DNA from: Psammoneis japonica
Taxonomy: Eukaryota
Assembly (NCBI GenBank): GCA_008632985.1
Contig: QPGO01000011.1
Span: 620,001-684,000 of the forward strand
Direction of reading: 5' to 3'
Length of the DNA: 64,000 nucleotides
The translations under genes were made by a program, and so were the position numbers. Positions 1 through 11,369 of this stretch are shown here, piece by piece. Positions within the stretch are counted from its first letter, which is position 1. Each line of letters starts with the position of its first letter. The notes under the pieces were generated by a model. That model had not been told where the DNA came from. It did no database searches and saw nothing but the letters and a program-made list of their open reading frames with translations.

Positions 1-134
1 TCTCACTGGGTCTCCCGGAAAAATGGAGGATGAATGAAGATCCGATGGCAAAAGAGAAGCTTGTGGAAGGTGTTCGCAATTTCCCGAAGCACATTGTCAA
101 ACTCGAGGACATCGTCAAGTCAAAGATGGCCTAG
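1..134 (+). CDS. 3' end of a transaldolase-like gene (partial, possibly a fragment)
   Basis: Frame 24-134 reads WRMNEDPMAKEKLVEGVRNFPKHIVKLEDIVKSKMA*, resembling the transaldolase C-terminal motif (W..NED.MA.EKL..GIR.F..D..KLE). The residues upstream of the W fit less well. Confidence 0.6.
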   Translation, partial: SLGLPEKWRMNEDPMAKEKLVEGVRNFPKHIVKLEDIVKSKMA

Positions 135-286
135 AGAGCACATGCAAAACATCTCGTGCCAATTGAATAGATTTGATTAGAGTGGATTCATTAAGTCGCA
201 TCTACACGAACCTCAGTGCCACACAAGTGTGTCATGTGGCAGGACCTGCAGGATGGTCGAGGTGGAAGAAAAAAGCACACTTGAAT

Positions 287-883
287 CTAAATGCAACAGA
301 AAAGGATGCACTGTTTGCAGTCAAATTGTCGAAGGCGTTCAGCTGAGGATTTTTTCCTAGACTCACTTCTCACCACAGCTTGAAGGGTTGCATTCGAAAT
401 GTCTACACCACTGGCCACAATCAGAACAGCCTTTCCTTCTTCTAACACTTCTCGGTAGACCGCACCCCAGTCTTGTCCGCTTTTGACATCCGGGATGCCC
501 GTCCTTTTAACCTTGGGGTCGGCTTTGCGGATCTGCCCTGTAGGAGAAATAGATTCATGCTTCAATCCGTATGTCTCTGCCATTTCATGGACCAGTCGAC
601 GATAGTATGAGTTCAATGGAGGCGACACATAGTAATCCGGACAGAAGTTTTCCGCAAGTTGCAGACGTCGGCATTGGTTACGGACTTCTCCGATAATTCG
701 ATCGTGAGTTGCTCGAGCTCGAAGTTGATTGGAGCAGTAGTCTTTTGAGACTTCACCATCGTCGTCACCGCACCCCTCCGCTCTCGAGCACCGCCCAACA
801 TTCGGATCTAACCCCTCAACACGCTGCTGTGCCAATGCCCAAGCATCCTTAGTATCTTCTGTTGAATCATTCTGTTCTGGCAT
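287..883 (-). CDS. R3H domain protein (3' end uncertain)
   Basis: PPLNSYYRRLVHEMAETYGLKHESI matches the R3H signature (RxxxH). Normal base composition; divergent from the MYND gene. Confidence 0.7.
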   Translation of the reverse strand: MPEQNDSTEDTKDAWALAQQRVEGLDPNVGRCSRAEGCGDDDGEVSKDYCSNQLRARATHDRIIGEVRNQCRRLQLAENFCPDYYVSPPLNSYYRRLVHEMAETYGLKHESISPTGQIRKADPKVKRTGIPDVKSGQDWGAVYREVLEEGKAVLIVASGVDISNATLQAVVRSESRKKSSAERLRQFDCKQCILFCCI

Positions 884-1165
884 GTCTCCTTCTTGTTGGA
901 AAACCTCTTTTCACGACTGATAATGCTGGTATAGAGAGTCCACCGCCTTCGTCAAGCTCAATATGCGATCGTACCTTCTGCCGCATCATCGTTTTAGTTA
1001 TTATTGCCTTCGATCGCTACCGTTTACAGTGTATTGTTGCGCTCTGCGATGATTCGTCGTCAGTCCTCTGTGTAATGCGCAACGAAAAGTGCAACGCGAC
1101 GAAGTACCATACGGTAACAACAACAACACTGCTGCTGCTACTGCTGTTATAGGATTTCCAACACC

Positions 1166-2305
1166 ATGAGCAATAATTACAACAACAATACTGCAGATGC
1201 CACTCGTTCTGCGTTTGCAGACATGGATTTAAGCGAGCAACGCCATTACCGAGACATGGTTCAACAGGAAGGCATGCGATGTTCCGATCCAGACATTCCT
1301 TCTTGTGATGCATGTGGAAAAGAGTGGTCCGGTAAACTTGTATGCAGTGGTTGTCAATCGAGTTTCTATTGTTCCAAGCAGTGTTCTAAAGCAGCCTGGA
1401 AAGAAGGAGGACACAAGCAGGCATGCAAGAGCATGGCGGAGACGTGTGCTCGAACGGGAAAACACGTGGTGGAGACCATGATGAAGTATTCAAGTGGTGC
1501 GGGTGCAAAGACCGTAGATTTTGGTATTTTGCTCATGGACTTGGATTTAGCAGGGAATTACAATGTCGCGGTAGACGTGGGGCTTCACAGAGCTACCCTG
1601 GAATTCTTTAAGCAAGAAGCGAATGATGCGGTCTTGTTGCGAAAATGGCGCAACGCATCATCCAGTGCCGGTCTTGGTTTCTCCAACACACGCAACATTG
1701 TGGTTACTTTGTTTCGTGGACAACGCATGGAAGGTCGTGCGCGTGCCAACCGCACTAGCACAACTCGCATTGACAGTCACCGCATCATCAAGTACCTCAA
1801 AAGTAATGAGGAAGCGCTGAATGTTTGGTTGGATGCCAGCATGGCCACGTTTAAAATTCCTTTTCAAAAGTCATTGAATCCTCAACATCAAAAACTGGCG
1901 CATCGACTCGCCCGTGATGTATTGCGTGGATGGAACCAAGTCTTGACCAATGCACGGGCTGCTCGTTATGTTTTGTTGGGTCGCAAAAAGAAGCCGGACG
2001 AAACGACGCTGCCACACGTCAAGTCAATCGCGTCCAAAATGAAAAAGGCACTCGACAAGTACCGCAGCTCTCCAGAGCATCTGGATCCCCAGTCGGTTTT
2101 GGAGGGACTTCTCAACCAAATTGCCGCCATGATGGAGTGGAGGTTGAGAAACGATTTTCAAGTCGAGACGGATTTTGCAAAGATGCTCAACATGGGCCGC
2201 AATGAGAGGTCCATGTACCATCAAATGGCGTATCCGGTCGCGCAAGCCACCATTGAAAAGGGCGGACCACTGACGGGGGCTGAAATGCAACAGCTCATGT
2301 CGTGA
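1166..2305 (+). CDS. MYND zinc-finger protein, 379 aa
   Basis: CDACGK...CSGCQSSFYCSKQCSKAAWKEGGHKQAC is a MYND finger; the ORF is intact. Confidence 0.85.
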   Translation: MSNNYNNNTADATRSAFADMDLSEQRHYRDMVQQEGMRCSDPDIPSCDACGKEWSGKLVCSGCQSSFYCSKQCSKAAWKEGGHKQACKSMAETCARTGKHVVETMMKYSSGAGAKTVDFGILLMDLDLAGNYNVAVDVGLHRATLEFFKQEANDAVLLRKWRNASSSAGLGFSNTRNIVVTLFRGQRMEGRARANRTSTTRIDSHRIIKYLKSNEEALNVWLDASMATFKIPFQKSLNPQHQKLAHRLARDVLRGWNQVLTNARAARYVLLGRKKKPDETTLPHVKSIASKMKKALDKYRSSPEHLDPQSVLEGLLNQIAAMMEWRLRNDFQVETDFAKMLNMGRNERSMYHQMAYPVAQATIEKGGPLTGAEMQQLMS

Positions 2306-2439
2306 TTTCATGTGTAGCGCACAATTAAGACTCTAGTTCAGTTCTAACTGTGCGATCATTTGTGTGGATCCTTTTGCGACTGTTGTTTTCTATCTTGTTT
2401 TCCATTGTAGTGCATTCGCTAAACTAAAACTAAAATTTT

Positions 2440-5400
2440 ACCTGGTCCAGAGAAAAGTGCCAGCGCAATCTCCCCACCGGTAAATCTGACACTCATTTCC
2501 CACTAATCTTTGGTTTGTTGCACCCTGCAGGCTTCTGCTCTGCTGCATCATTGCCTCCCTTGCCTGAGCACTCCAAATTGTCAAAGTTTTCAACAAAGCA
2601 AATCCAACAGACTCTGCAAGACTGCAGTGGTGTGGTGCAGCTGGATGAAGAAGTGGAAATGGGGCACCTTCTGGGCACAAGAAGAGAAGCAGCTCTTTCT
2701 TGTCAGTGGAGATTCTTGACTCTCTCTTGGAGAATCTGCTCTCACACATCTGTCTTCCAATCAGGCCTGCAGAGTGGGACAAGGTCCAGGGTCCAGGAAT
2801 GGCACATGGCAAACTGGTCTGAGAAAGAGCATGACACATGACTTCATTGTGGCACAAGCTCAATTCTCTGGCCAGGCAAAAAGGATTGATGCACAATGGA
2901 CCCCATGCAATGATCTGATGCTGGAGAGGTGTTTTGGAGTCAGGTCTGGGAACAAATGAACATGACAAAGGGGAGGATGATGCTGTTGTGGAAGAAGCTG
3001 TGTGTGGCTGTCACTGCAGGTGGCACTGGCACATCAGAAACTCTGCTGGAGCCCACCAGCATGCTCACTCAGCTGCTTCAGCAAATCAATGCTGCTGTCA
3101 GCAAACCGATCCCCCTTCAGGCAAGCACCCCTGGATTTGACGCTGGGAGCAACATCCGCATGGAGCCCACCATGAGTTTGACAATTGCAAGCTCTCTTTT
3201 TTGCAGCAATGAACAGAAGTGTGGGAATGGCTTGGGTGAAGAGAGCACAAAAAGAGCAGCAGCAGCTGCAGCAGCAACAACAGCAACAAGTGATCATGCA
3301 GCAGCAGCAGCAGCAGCAGCAGCAAAGGATGAACGTCAAGATGGTGAATCTCGTTGGTGGTCATGGCACAAATGCTGACTCATCACTGGGACAACAATGT
3401 GGTTGCAACTCCAATGACAAACAATGCGGGTGAATGGGGTCAAAAAAGCCAGAGGACTTTGAAGTCATTGAGCAAACAGGACCGGGCTGTGTTGTGCTGT
3501 TGAGGCAGGCCAGATCAAAACTGGCAACAGTGGTGCCAATGAACAGGTTGTGCTGCACATCAAGGCCAGCAACTGTGATGATGCAAATGAACAACTTGTG
3601 CCACATCAAGGCTGCTGCATTGCATTGCACTGCACTGTGCTGAACTGCAAAGCCAGCAAGGACATTGTGAGTGAAAAGGTTGTGTTTCATCTGCCTGGCA
3701 ATGGCGATGCAAACAAACAGATTGAGCTGCACCACAGAGGCAAACAAGCATGCTGTGCAATCAGGATGCTGGCAATGACAACATGAGTGAACAGATTGCA
3801 CTTTGTCAAGGCCAGCTGCAATGATGTGAATGAATTGCAACAGTGGCACAAGTGCATGAATGGAGCTAAGACAGAGCGCCAAAGGCATTGCGGTCTGGCC
3901 ACTGTCAAACATGTGTCCATTGGCTTGCATTTTTCTCTCAAGGCATGACAGAAAAAGAGCCAAGTGAGTTTGGTTCAGCCCCACAGTTGATGCCCAAATG
4001 TTGCACAGCAGCACCACAAGAGTTGCAATGATCTTTTGCTCACCATGGTGTTCCTGACAAGCAGCACAATTTTCAACCAGGGAAGGACATTTGCAACCCA
4101 CACATGCCCCCCACTGTGACAATTGTTGAGCACTCACAGCCTCATGAAACATGTCGCCATGTTGACAGATGTTGCAGACTTGCCCACATTGCTCTGGCAC
4201 AATTTCTGGAGAGATGGTCGGTTTTCCTGAAAATGCCAAGTCAACAACAACAACACCTTTCATTGTGATGGCTCATGATTGACACACCCCATCAATTTTG
4301 CAGCAGATCCCACTGATCAAGGTGAGCTCAAAGTCATGCCATGCACACTCAGAAAGAATGCTTTTGCAACCTCCCCATCAGAAGAAAACAGAAACAAGCT
4401 GCTCACACAATCACCATGAGTCCATCCATTGAAAATCACATTTTCAATGTCTTTCTTTTGCTTCATGGAAGAATTCCAAGCTGTCCTGCCCACTGCCCTC
4501 CCCCAACACCTTGCAAGCTCAGGTGTTCTGCACATGTGGTGGCCAGGAAAATTGCTGCTTTGTTTTTCAGAAGGCATCCGCCACACTCAAGCAACTGGGC
4601 AGTCCACCAGCACTTTAAGCAACAACAATCCAATTGCCAAAGTGAAGCCAAGCTGAAAGCAGGTTGTGTGTCAATCTAAAAATGAGCTGAAGAGAGTGCC
4701 CGTGGATCCTCACATTCTTGCCCAAGCAAGAGACGGCCCCAAACACATTGCTGCTGACATTTTCCTGGGATGACCCTGTCATTTTGAAGAGCAACTGCGT
4801 GCAATTGTTCAATGGCAAGCATGCCTGATCCAGAGTGTTGCCATGGCTGCTGGTGTGTGAATGTCCTCAAACACACATGACCAAAGAACAAAGGCACCAA
4901 TTGGCAAAACAGCACATGGTCAAACACCCTCACAAAGTCACCATGCATCATTGTGCCCACTTTTGTGGAGGCACATGAGTGTCAAGAATTTAATGACTCA
5001 ACAAGTGTGCCACATCAAATCCTTGCCACTGCCAGGTGTTGTTGTCCAGCAAGTCGAGTGGACCACCTGGGTGACAACCTTGCTCTGATGATGGAGAGCT
5101 CCATCTTCTTGTGCAAGAAAAAGACAAAAGGATTTTTTTCTCTTCCCCTCAGTGTCAAAGAGGTGCATGAAAATGGTGGTTTGATTGACGACAGTGCTGC
5201 CTGCAACTCTGCACAACTGGTGCCCCAAAAAGTGTTGCCAACACATTTGAGGTGTGGAGTTTTGACATGCTCAAGCACCCAGCTCTGGGTGGGACCTCAC
5301 ATTGCCAAACTGTGATTTTAACAGTTTTTTTGTTCCATGCCACATGTTGCTCATGTGCATTTCCATGTGACTTTGATGGATTTTTGAGTCATTTTGTGGT

Positions 5401-6780
5401 GCGATTGTTGGGCAATCCACTCAACCACTTTTGAAATTTTTTCTTCAGTGCACCCCTTTGTTTTTGACATGATTTTGGTCCTCTTTTGGTTGTTTCAGAT
5501 TTTTCTAATTGATTTGATGAATTGTGAAAAAAAGCTCAAAAGGCTCATGCATGAAGTCTGAGCTCAGCCCACAAACAACGCGACAACGGTCAAATGTCGT
5601 TCGTTGAGCACAACAGAGGTGGGGTGGTGAGTGTCTTTTTTCACAATGTTGCTTGTGATGCAAAAGTTTGCTGTGTCACAAAGAAAGACACTTGTCACCC
5701 AGCTGCATTTTTGAGAACATGAACAACCATCATGGCAAGAAAGTTTGAGCACTGAGCGCAGAAGGTGCTGGGACATTTTTTTCTGGAGTGGCGCCACAAA
5801 TCATTGAAAGATTGGTTGTTTTTGATGCTTTTTGCAGGTGCATGTCCAAAAAACAAGGGATTTAGCACCCTTGAATGTCTTGAGAATGGTGTGGGGCAAG
5901 CGGATCTTTTGCAAAGTTTGAGCATGAATGCCAGCGCAAATGTGCCCCAACAAACTTGGTTGTTCAGCTGCAAACATTGAAGACAAAAGTGTCCATTGGC
6001 AAGAGCATGCACTGCAGAGCTCACATGTGGAATCCCCCCAGGGGGGGGATCACACAGAGTCCCATCCAGCACTGGAGAGCTGGTCTCTTGAGACATGAAA
6101 TGTTTTGAAGTGTGTGCAATGCAAGGTGCCCCGTTGTTGTCTGCGAGAATCTTTGTGGCAGCCCATCTCATTTGTGTTGCAGTTGAAGAACAAACAAAAG
6201 GAAAAATGGTTTGCACCCATTTTTTGCAACCACATAAAACTTGAAAAGCTTGTGTTTTCTCGGGGGTCACGTGGCGAGGACAGACACGTGAGTGTGTTTC
6301 TTGGGGCCTGCACACCTGCGTTTGTGACCATGGCTTTGTGATTTTGGGGTGCACCCAATGAGTTCAAAAATGCACCTTTGTGCACACCACAGCAGTCTTC
6401 AGGATGGAGATTGGCTGATGATCCAGCGGCAGCAGCAGAGCAGTTCATGGCGCTTTTTCAAATGTTGCATGGTGCGCAGGAGTGTAATTTACAGGTGCTG
6501 CAGTCTGTCTGCCTGGTGCATCCAACGGTGAAATGGCGAGAGAATGTGATTGAAATTTGTCTTCAGATCTCAAGGATGTTCAACAAATGTCCATTGTTTG
6601 TGTTTTCTGGCCATTTGCCAGTTGCAAAGAAAAGGGTGGAGCTGGACATGTTCACTGTCGTTTACCAATCCACGATCTGGGCTTGATCTGGGAGTCGCCT
6701 CAAACATGTTGAAAGCACGGAGGTCATCATCTTGCGCGTGATGGCGCGTGTGTTGCAAGCGGCATGCGTCAGACAGTGAG
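2440..6780. other. TpA- and CpG-depleted repeat island A
   Basis: Essentially no TA dinucleotide by eye from ~2510 to ~4670 and very few to ~6780. TG/CA-rich; the ORF translations lack Tyr. Confidence 0.85.
2600..5000. mobile_element. Degenerate PIF/Harbinger-like DNA transposon remnant (DDE transposase on -, probable Myb/SANT-like partner on +)
   Basis: Minus-strand fragments NGWTHGDCVSSLFLFSSDG, VVVVDLAF, AVSAQQLSQWG and LVVLLCNIWASTVGLNQ resemble DDE_Tnp_4-type transposases. A convergent plus-strand fragment (LPIRPAEWDKV...SLWHKLNSL, Q/M-rich tail) resembles the partner ORF. Many stops and frameshifts; boundaries approximate. Confidence 0.5.
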
Positions 6781-6913
6781 CAGGTCCGTTACATTAATTT
6801 TATGCGTAAATACATAATATGATTACATTCTAAAATTTAGTATTGGCCTCAATCTTTAGCGCTTAAATAGATTTGTCATTAATACATGTGCATAGTCATT
6901 ATCCAACGGATGT

Positions 6914-7596
6914 CTCAAAAACGTTGAAAGTTAAATTTTTGAAAAGTAAAAGCGTTGAAAGCTATATCTTTCAACGGATTTTCGTTGAAAGTTAAATCGT
7001 TTAAAGTTAATATGTTGAAAGCTATAGCTTTCAACGGAATTCCGTTGAAAGTTAAAGAAACGTTGAAAGCTATCAAACCAACTGAACGGTATTTATCTTC
7101 CAACAGATTTCTGATATCCGTTGAGAGTTCAAGAACGTTAACACTGACGTCATCTACTGCACAGTACAGTACAATATCTACACGTCGCAAGCAAAGCGGC
7201 GAGCCAAATTCCAGCTGGCGTATGGCATACCGTGCGATTTTATCATACGGTATTGGTAGCAGACCGCCTCGAAGCAACGAAGCTAGCTTTTGATGCGGGC
7301 ATTGAAAGCCTCTTGACGAGACTGAGCCCGGCTCTTGAACTTTTGTAGCTCAGGTTAGTCATGGGGGTTTGGTGTCACCGTGCCGTGTATTCCAATCGAA
7401 ATACCGATTGGCAAAACGTTGAATGCTGGATAACTTTCAACAGATTTTCGTTGAAACTTAAAAACGTTGAAAGTTAATCCGTTGAAAGTTATATCTTTCA
7501 ACGGATTTCCGTTGAAAGATAAAACGTTGAAAGTGAAGACGTTTATATTTGAAATGTTATATATAATGTCTATCTGGTGCTTTCAACGTTTTTGAG
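6914..7596. mobile_element. Non-autonomous foldback/MITE-like element with 17-bp terminal inverted repeats and CGTTGAAAG sub-terminal repeats
   Basis: CTCAAAAACGTTGAAAG (6914-6930) and its reverse complement CTTTCAACGTTTTTGAG (7580-7596). Many CGTTGAAAG/CTTTCAACG copies at ~15-bp spacing near both ends. No clear TSD. Confidence 0.6.
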
Positions 7597-7700
7597 GCGA
7601 CTCCCTGATTTCATTTCATTCACCTGCACACAATTTTTCCTTTTGCGTGAGACGCGTTATTTATTATTTGCGTCCGAAAGACACCAAACTTTGCATAACG

Positions 7701-8036
7701 ATGAAGCCCTCCATTGCCATTTTTGCCATCCTCGCCCTCATCCTGGCTTCTGCCTCTGCTGAGCTTCGCGGTGTCTCCAAGCTTCGCGGTGTCTCTTCCG
7801 AGATGATTCAAGGTGCCCGCCAACTCCATTCGCCTAAGTCGCCCAAGAGCCCCAAGTCTCCAAAGAGCCCCAAGTCTCCAAAGAGCCCCAAGTCACCGAA
7901 GAGCCCCAAGTCGCCAAAGAGCCCCAAGTCGCCGAAGAGCCCCAAGTCGCCGAAGAGCCCCAAGTCGCCAAAGAGCCCCAAGTCGCCGAAGAGCCCCAAG
8001 TCGGGGTCGAAGGGCATGTCACACCCTAGTCCATAG
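7701..8036 (+). CDS. Small secreted SPK-repeat protein, silaffin-like
   Basis: Signal peptide MKPSIAIFAILALILASASA, two LRGVS motifs, an RQL (RXL) site, then 19 SPK repeats. Confidence 0.8.
   Translation: MKPSIAIFAILALILASASAELRGVSKLRGVSSEMIQGARQLHSPKSPKSPKSPKSPKSPKSPKSPKSPKSPKSPKSPKSPKSPKSPKSPKSPKSPKSPKSGSKGMSHPSP
7830..8000 (+). repeat. Coding tandem repeat, 19 x 9 bp with an 18-bp higher-order unit (TCNCCRAAGAGCCCCAAG)
   Basis: Directly visible; encodes (SPK)19. Confidence 0.95.
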
Positions 8037-8854
8037 GATCATGTCAGCAGAGTTTTGGTGGAGTCAAACTAAGATGGTCGACTCTTGGTGAGTTTGTCAT
8101 GGTGTTGATCGTCGTTTAGATCGTGTTGTCGTGCTGCAATTGTGTGCTGTCAGGTTTATCTTTTTCGATGCGGACAATGGTTTGCTGTCTGCTGGTCGTT
8201 TGTCTTTCTTTCTCTAGCTGCCAGATGGTGGTGTTGCTTTGAATGTGACATTCTTCATCCTTCAACTGTTCCACTGTCATGCCGCTCACTTTCTTCACTC
8301 TCTGTCTTAGGATCATGTACGTGTGTGAGGTTTTGTGGCAGAGTAGGTGCATCATGGCTGCGGGGGTGTAGTGCCAAATTGAAGCACGTGTGGTATTTAA
8401 ACTAAATGTTTCCAGTTGCAAATGATATGCTACCTTTTAGTGGTTCGCATTACATCATTCTTTTCTTTTGTGGCTTTAGCAATGCATATGTAGGTGTCTG
8501 CTCCTATCTCAATTGTCCTCATCGATACAGTGCCATGGAGAAGTCGTTCGAGTTCGCAACCATGTTGCATTTTACAGAAAGTAGACTCGTACGACCACGG
8601 AGGACCACATACGGCGATACAGAGTGGGGAAGCGCTGAAGAGCAAAATGATGACACGTCCCTACCCATTAATGTACTCTATGTATAACACGCAAACGAGC
8701 ATGTAAGCAGCTAGAGAAGAGAGGTTCCAAGTACCACAACTCACTCACGCGAGTCTTCAGCCTCTTTGTATGGTGGAAGTCAAACGATACCGTAGCCCCT
8801 TGCCACGTAGGTATTGAAAGCCATAGAACCATACCACGCAGCATAGCGTATTGA

Positions 8855-9010
8855 TGAACAGCTACCATACTGGACTTTGTTTGAAACGGATCGCCGCTAA
8901 TAACTAATAATCGCAATCGCCATCCTCGGGTCTGAACAGCTACCATACTGGACTTCGTTTGAAATGGATCGCCGCTAATAACTAATAATCGTAATCGCCA
9001 CCCTCGGGTC
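8855..9010. repeat. 78-bp tandem duplication (2 copies)
   Basis: TGAACAGCTACCATACTGGAC...CCTCGGGTC repeated at 8855 and 8933 with a few C/T differences. Confidence 0.9.
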
Positions 9011-9694
9011 TGTTTCATTGTCAGTCTCATGATCGCTATATTCCTCATTCACGTCCTGTTCCTCCTCCGCAGTTAAGTAGCATCGTTTTCAGTGTAGTCA
9101 TAGAATCCTCGTCTGTTGTTGACGACTCTCCGTAAATGGCGCTACGAGCCTTCGCTGGATCAGAACTTGCAAGGAGGCGGTACCGGAAGAAGGGACAGGA
9201 ATAGACATGGTGGATCCATCCTTTGAAAGATAGAATGACAAAGTCAACAGGTGCGATATTGCTCGAAGGCGACATATCCAGCTCAATGGAATCATCCACC
9301 AAGGACGACGATCCCTGTTTTTCTTGACGGCAACCTTGATACGGTAGGACCACAGGTTTGGAGGGCATGGCACATGACAACATCTATATAGCGGATTCTT
9401 CTCCTCTTTGTCAACTTCTTCATATCCTGGCCAACTTCATCCTCCTAGTCTTCACCTCACGCAATCTCTCTCTTCTTCACTCTCCTCGGAAGATTTTCTT
9501 TCTATACGTATTCGATGAAACGTCATGACGAGAGACTTGTCGCAATCACATCACGAAAGTACGGGTGAGAGTACGGACCATGCGGGACAAAAGAAAAGTG
9601 ACAGCAAAGAATGTGACTGTAGCAACGTTTCTGATAGCAACCAGCAACATGTCAGGAAGAAGTGCTTCGCAAGTGATGATGATGATGACGTCAA

Positions 9695-10468
9695 TCACCC
9701 GCTGGCTACTGCAAAGTCTTTTTCGGGCACACGGACGAATACATCGGGCTTGGCGCGTACAAAGTAGAACAATAACGACGGTTCAGAAGCTAATTGTGCC
9801 CATAAATGACACCACAGCGCCGGAGGGACCGAGCCTTCGTCTCTCAATAGCCTTCTTCCTGCTCGATTCAATCGTAGATAATAGCAAAGTTCTTTCTGCA
9901 ACCGGCTATCCGCCAAAGTAAACCGAGAGCTGTCGTTTCTCATTTCCAATTGTTCCAGAAAATAGTTATGTTGCAATCCTTCTCGAACTAAATGTACCCT
10001 TGCTTTTTCGCTGAGATTGTTTCTTCCGAGGTATACTTCTCGCAGACTAGTGCTGGTCTTTAGCATGGTTGATATAGCTTCAATGCCTTCGCTTCCAATA
10101 TCATTTCCCTCCAAATCTAACTCCTGAACGCTTGATTCACTCAAGAAATTTGCCAGCGCAATGGCGCCAGGAGAGCCAATCCCATTGTCCGCCAGCAACA
10201 ATTCCAGTACCGATTCATTGTCTCTCAACAACTCAACGAGTTGCACAACACCACGGTCTCCGATGCCTTTTCCTCGCAGGTCGATCACAGATAAATCAGG
10301 GTTCCGTTTCAACTCCTTAGCCAAAAGTGCTACATCGCGCAACACGGGAGAATCCGTCGGCGAGCTTGATGTGCTGCTTGAAGAAGAAGAAGATGATGAT
10401 TCCCGGCCCTGCGGAGGTGTGAGACTTGGGTCTTCGCGTCTGAATTGAATAGACGCAACACAACCCAT
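9695..10468 (-). CDS. RNI-like leucine-rich repeat protein with MGC N-terminus
   Basis: Repeats IDLRGKGIGDRG, LLLADNGIGSPG, LDLEGNDIGSEG and VYLGRNNL; C-terminal YYLRLNRAGRRLL motif. Start placed at MGCVAS. Confidence 0.85.
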   Translation of the reverse strand: MGCVASIQFRREDPSLTPPQGRESSSSSSSSSTSSSPTDSPVLRDVALLAKELKRNPDLSVIDLRGKGIGDRGVVQLVELLRDNESVLELLLADNGIGSPGAIALANFLSESSVQELDLEGNDIGSEGIEAISTMLKTSTSLREVYLGRNNLSEKARVHLVREGLQHNYFLEQLEMRNDSSRFTLADSRLQKELCYYLRLNRAGRRLLRDEGSVPPALWCHLWAQLASEPSLLFYFVRAKPDVFVRVPEKDFAVASG

Positions 10469-10835
10469 GGGAAATATCAGCAACGAGCGTAGGCGCCCGT
10501 ATAAGATCTAAAACAGCGCCGAGTGATTTGAAGCACAACAAGCAACCACACTCTGAACTCTTGAGAGATGAAGCGGGCGCTCGCCATGGCGACGACGTCC
10601 TTCCGTCCGTCGCAATTTCGGGAATCTCCCTCCGAGCTGGAATGATACATACAGCACCGAGGTTTCATAATAACTCGCAAACTCCCTCCGACAGCGCAAT
10701 AAAATGATTCAGCTACGTAGGTTGAATATACTGTAATTGAAAAAAAGCATGGGCCATGACGCCGGTCATCGTCCTCGTTGCATCCTGCTATTTCAGCATC
10801 ATCTGCTCTTTGCATCATTCCACAAGCAATAAGCA

Positions 10836-11279
10836 ATGGATACTCCTTCTGATGACGATCTTTTCGTGGCGGCTCGGCTCACGGTCGTCTTTCTGCTGCT
10901 GTACTCCTTTACGTTTGTGAATGTATTGGTGACAAAGAAGCGCCTTTTGGGGCAAGCCCGCAAAGAAAACAAAACCTTCAACCGATACACATCGCCACAT
11001 ATGCATGCTGCCGACCGTCTCAATGGAAACTTTTTAGAATGGACTCCGATATTTCTTGGGTTAGTTTGGTCTCTGGCGGCAACGTCAAACCTATCGCCTA
11101 ACTGCGTTGCGGCCGCTTGGACCTACGTTGCGCTTCGAGCGTTGTACATTGTCTTGATTTTAAGATATGGCGTTTCATCGGATGGAATGAGCAAGGCACT
11201 GTGGGCATCCACTATGCCTGGCTATCTTTGTCTCATGTTCATGGCGTCACATGCAATTCGTAAGCTGCTGTTGGTGTGA
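10836..11279 (+). CDS. MAPEG family membrane protein
   Basis: 147 aa with ~4 hydrophobic helices; motifs ADRLNGNFLEW and YVALRALY. Confidence 0.8.
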   Translation: MDTPSDDDLFVAARLTVVFLLLYSFTFVNVLVTKKRLLGQARKENKTFNRYTSPHMHAADRLNGNFLEWTPIFLGLVWSLAATSNLSPNCVAAAWTYVALRALYIVLILRYGVSSDGMSKALWASTMPGYLCLMFMASHAIRKLLLV

Positions 11280-11369
11280 TAGGAACGATCGAGAATCGAG
11301 ACGATGATTTTGTTTTCGGCATAGGAAGCGTAGGAAATATTCCATCGTATGCGCATGATATTCCGCTTC

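Noticed and set aside
3255..3325. CAG/GCA microsatellite (poly-Q or poly-A)
   Set aside because: Low-complexity tail within a decayed transposon ORF; nothing further supportable.
2438..6760. Dense overlapping Cys/His-rich ORFs in all six frames (also at 14-15.7, 28-41.9 and 55-59.9 kb)
   Set aside because: By-product of TpA loss: TAA/TAG stops and Tyr codons vanish, so spurious ORFs lengthen. They are not genes.
6915..7293. ORFs on both strands over the CGTTGAAAG repeats; possible CRISPR-like array
   Set aside because: Units are 9-15 bp in mixed orientation with no unique spacers and no cas genes; the ORFs are translations of the repeat.
8100..9400. Possible minus-strand gene containing the 78-bp duplication
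   Set aside because: Only short broken ORFs with no recognisable domain.
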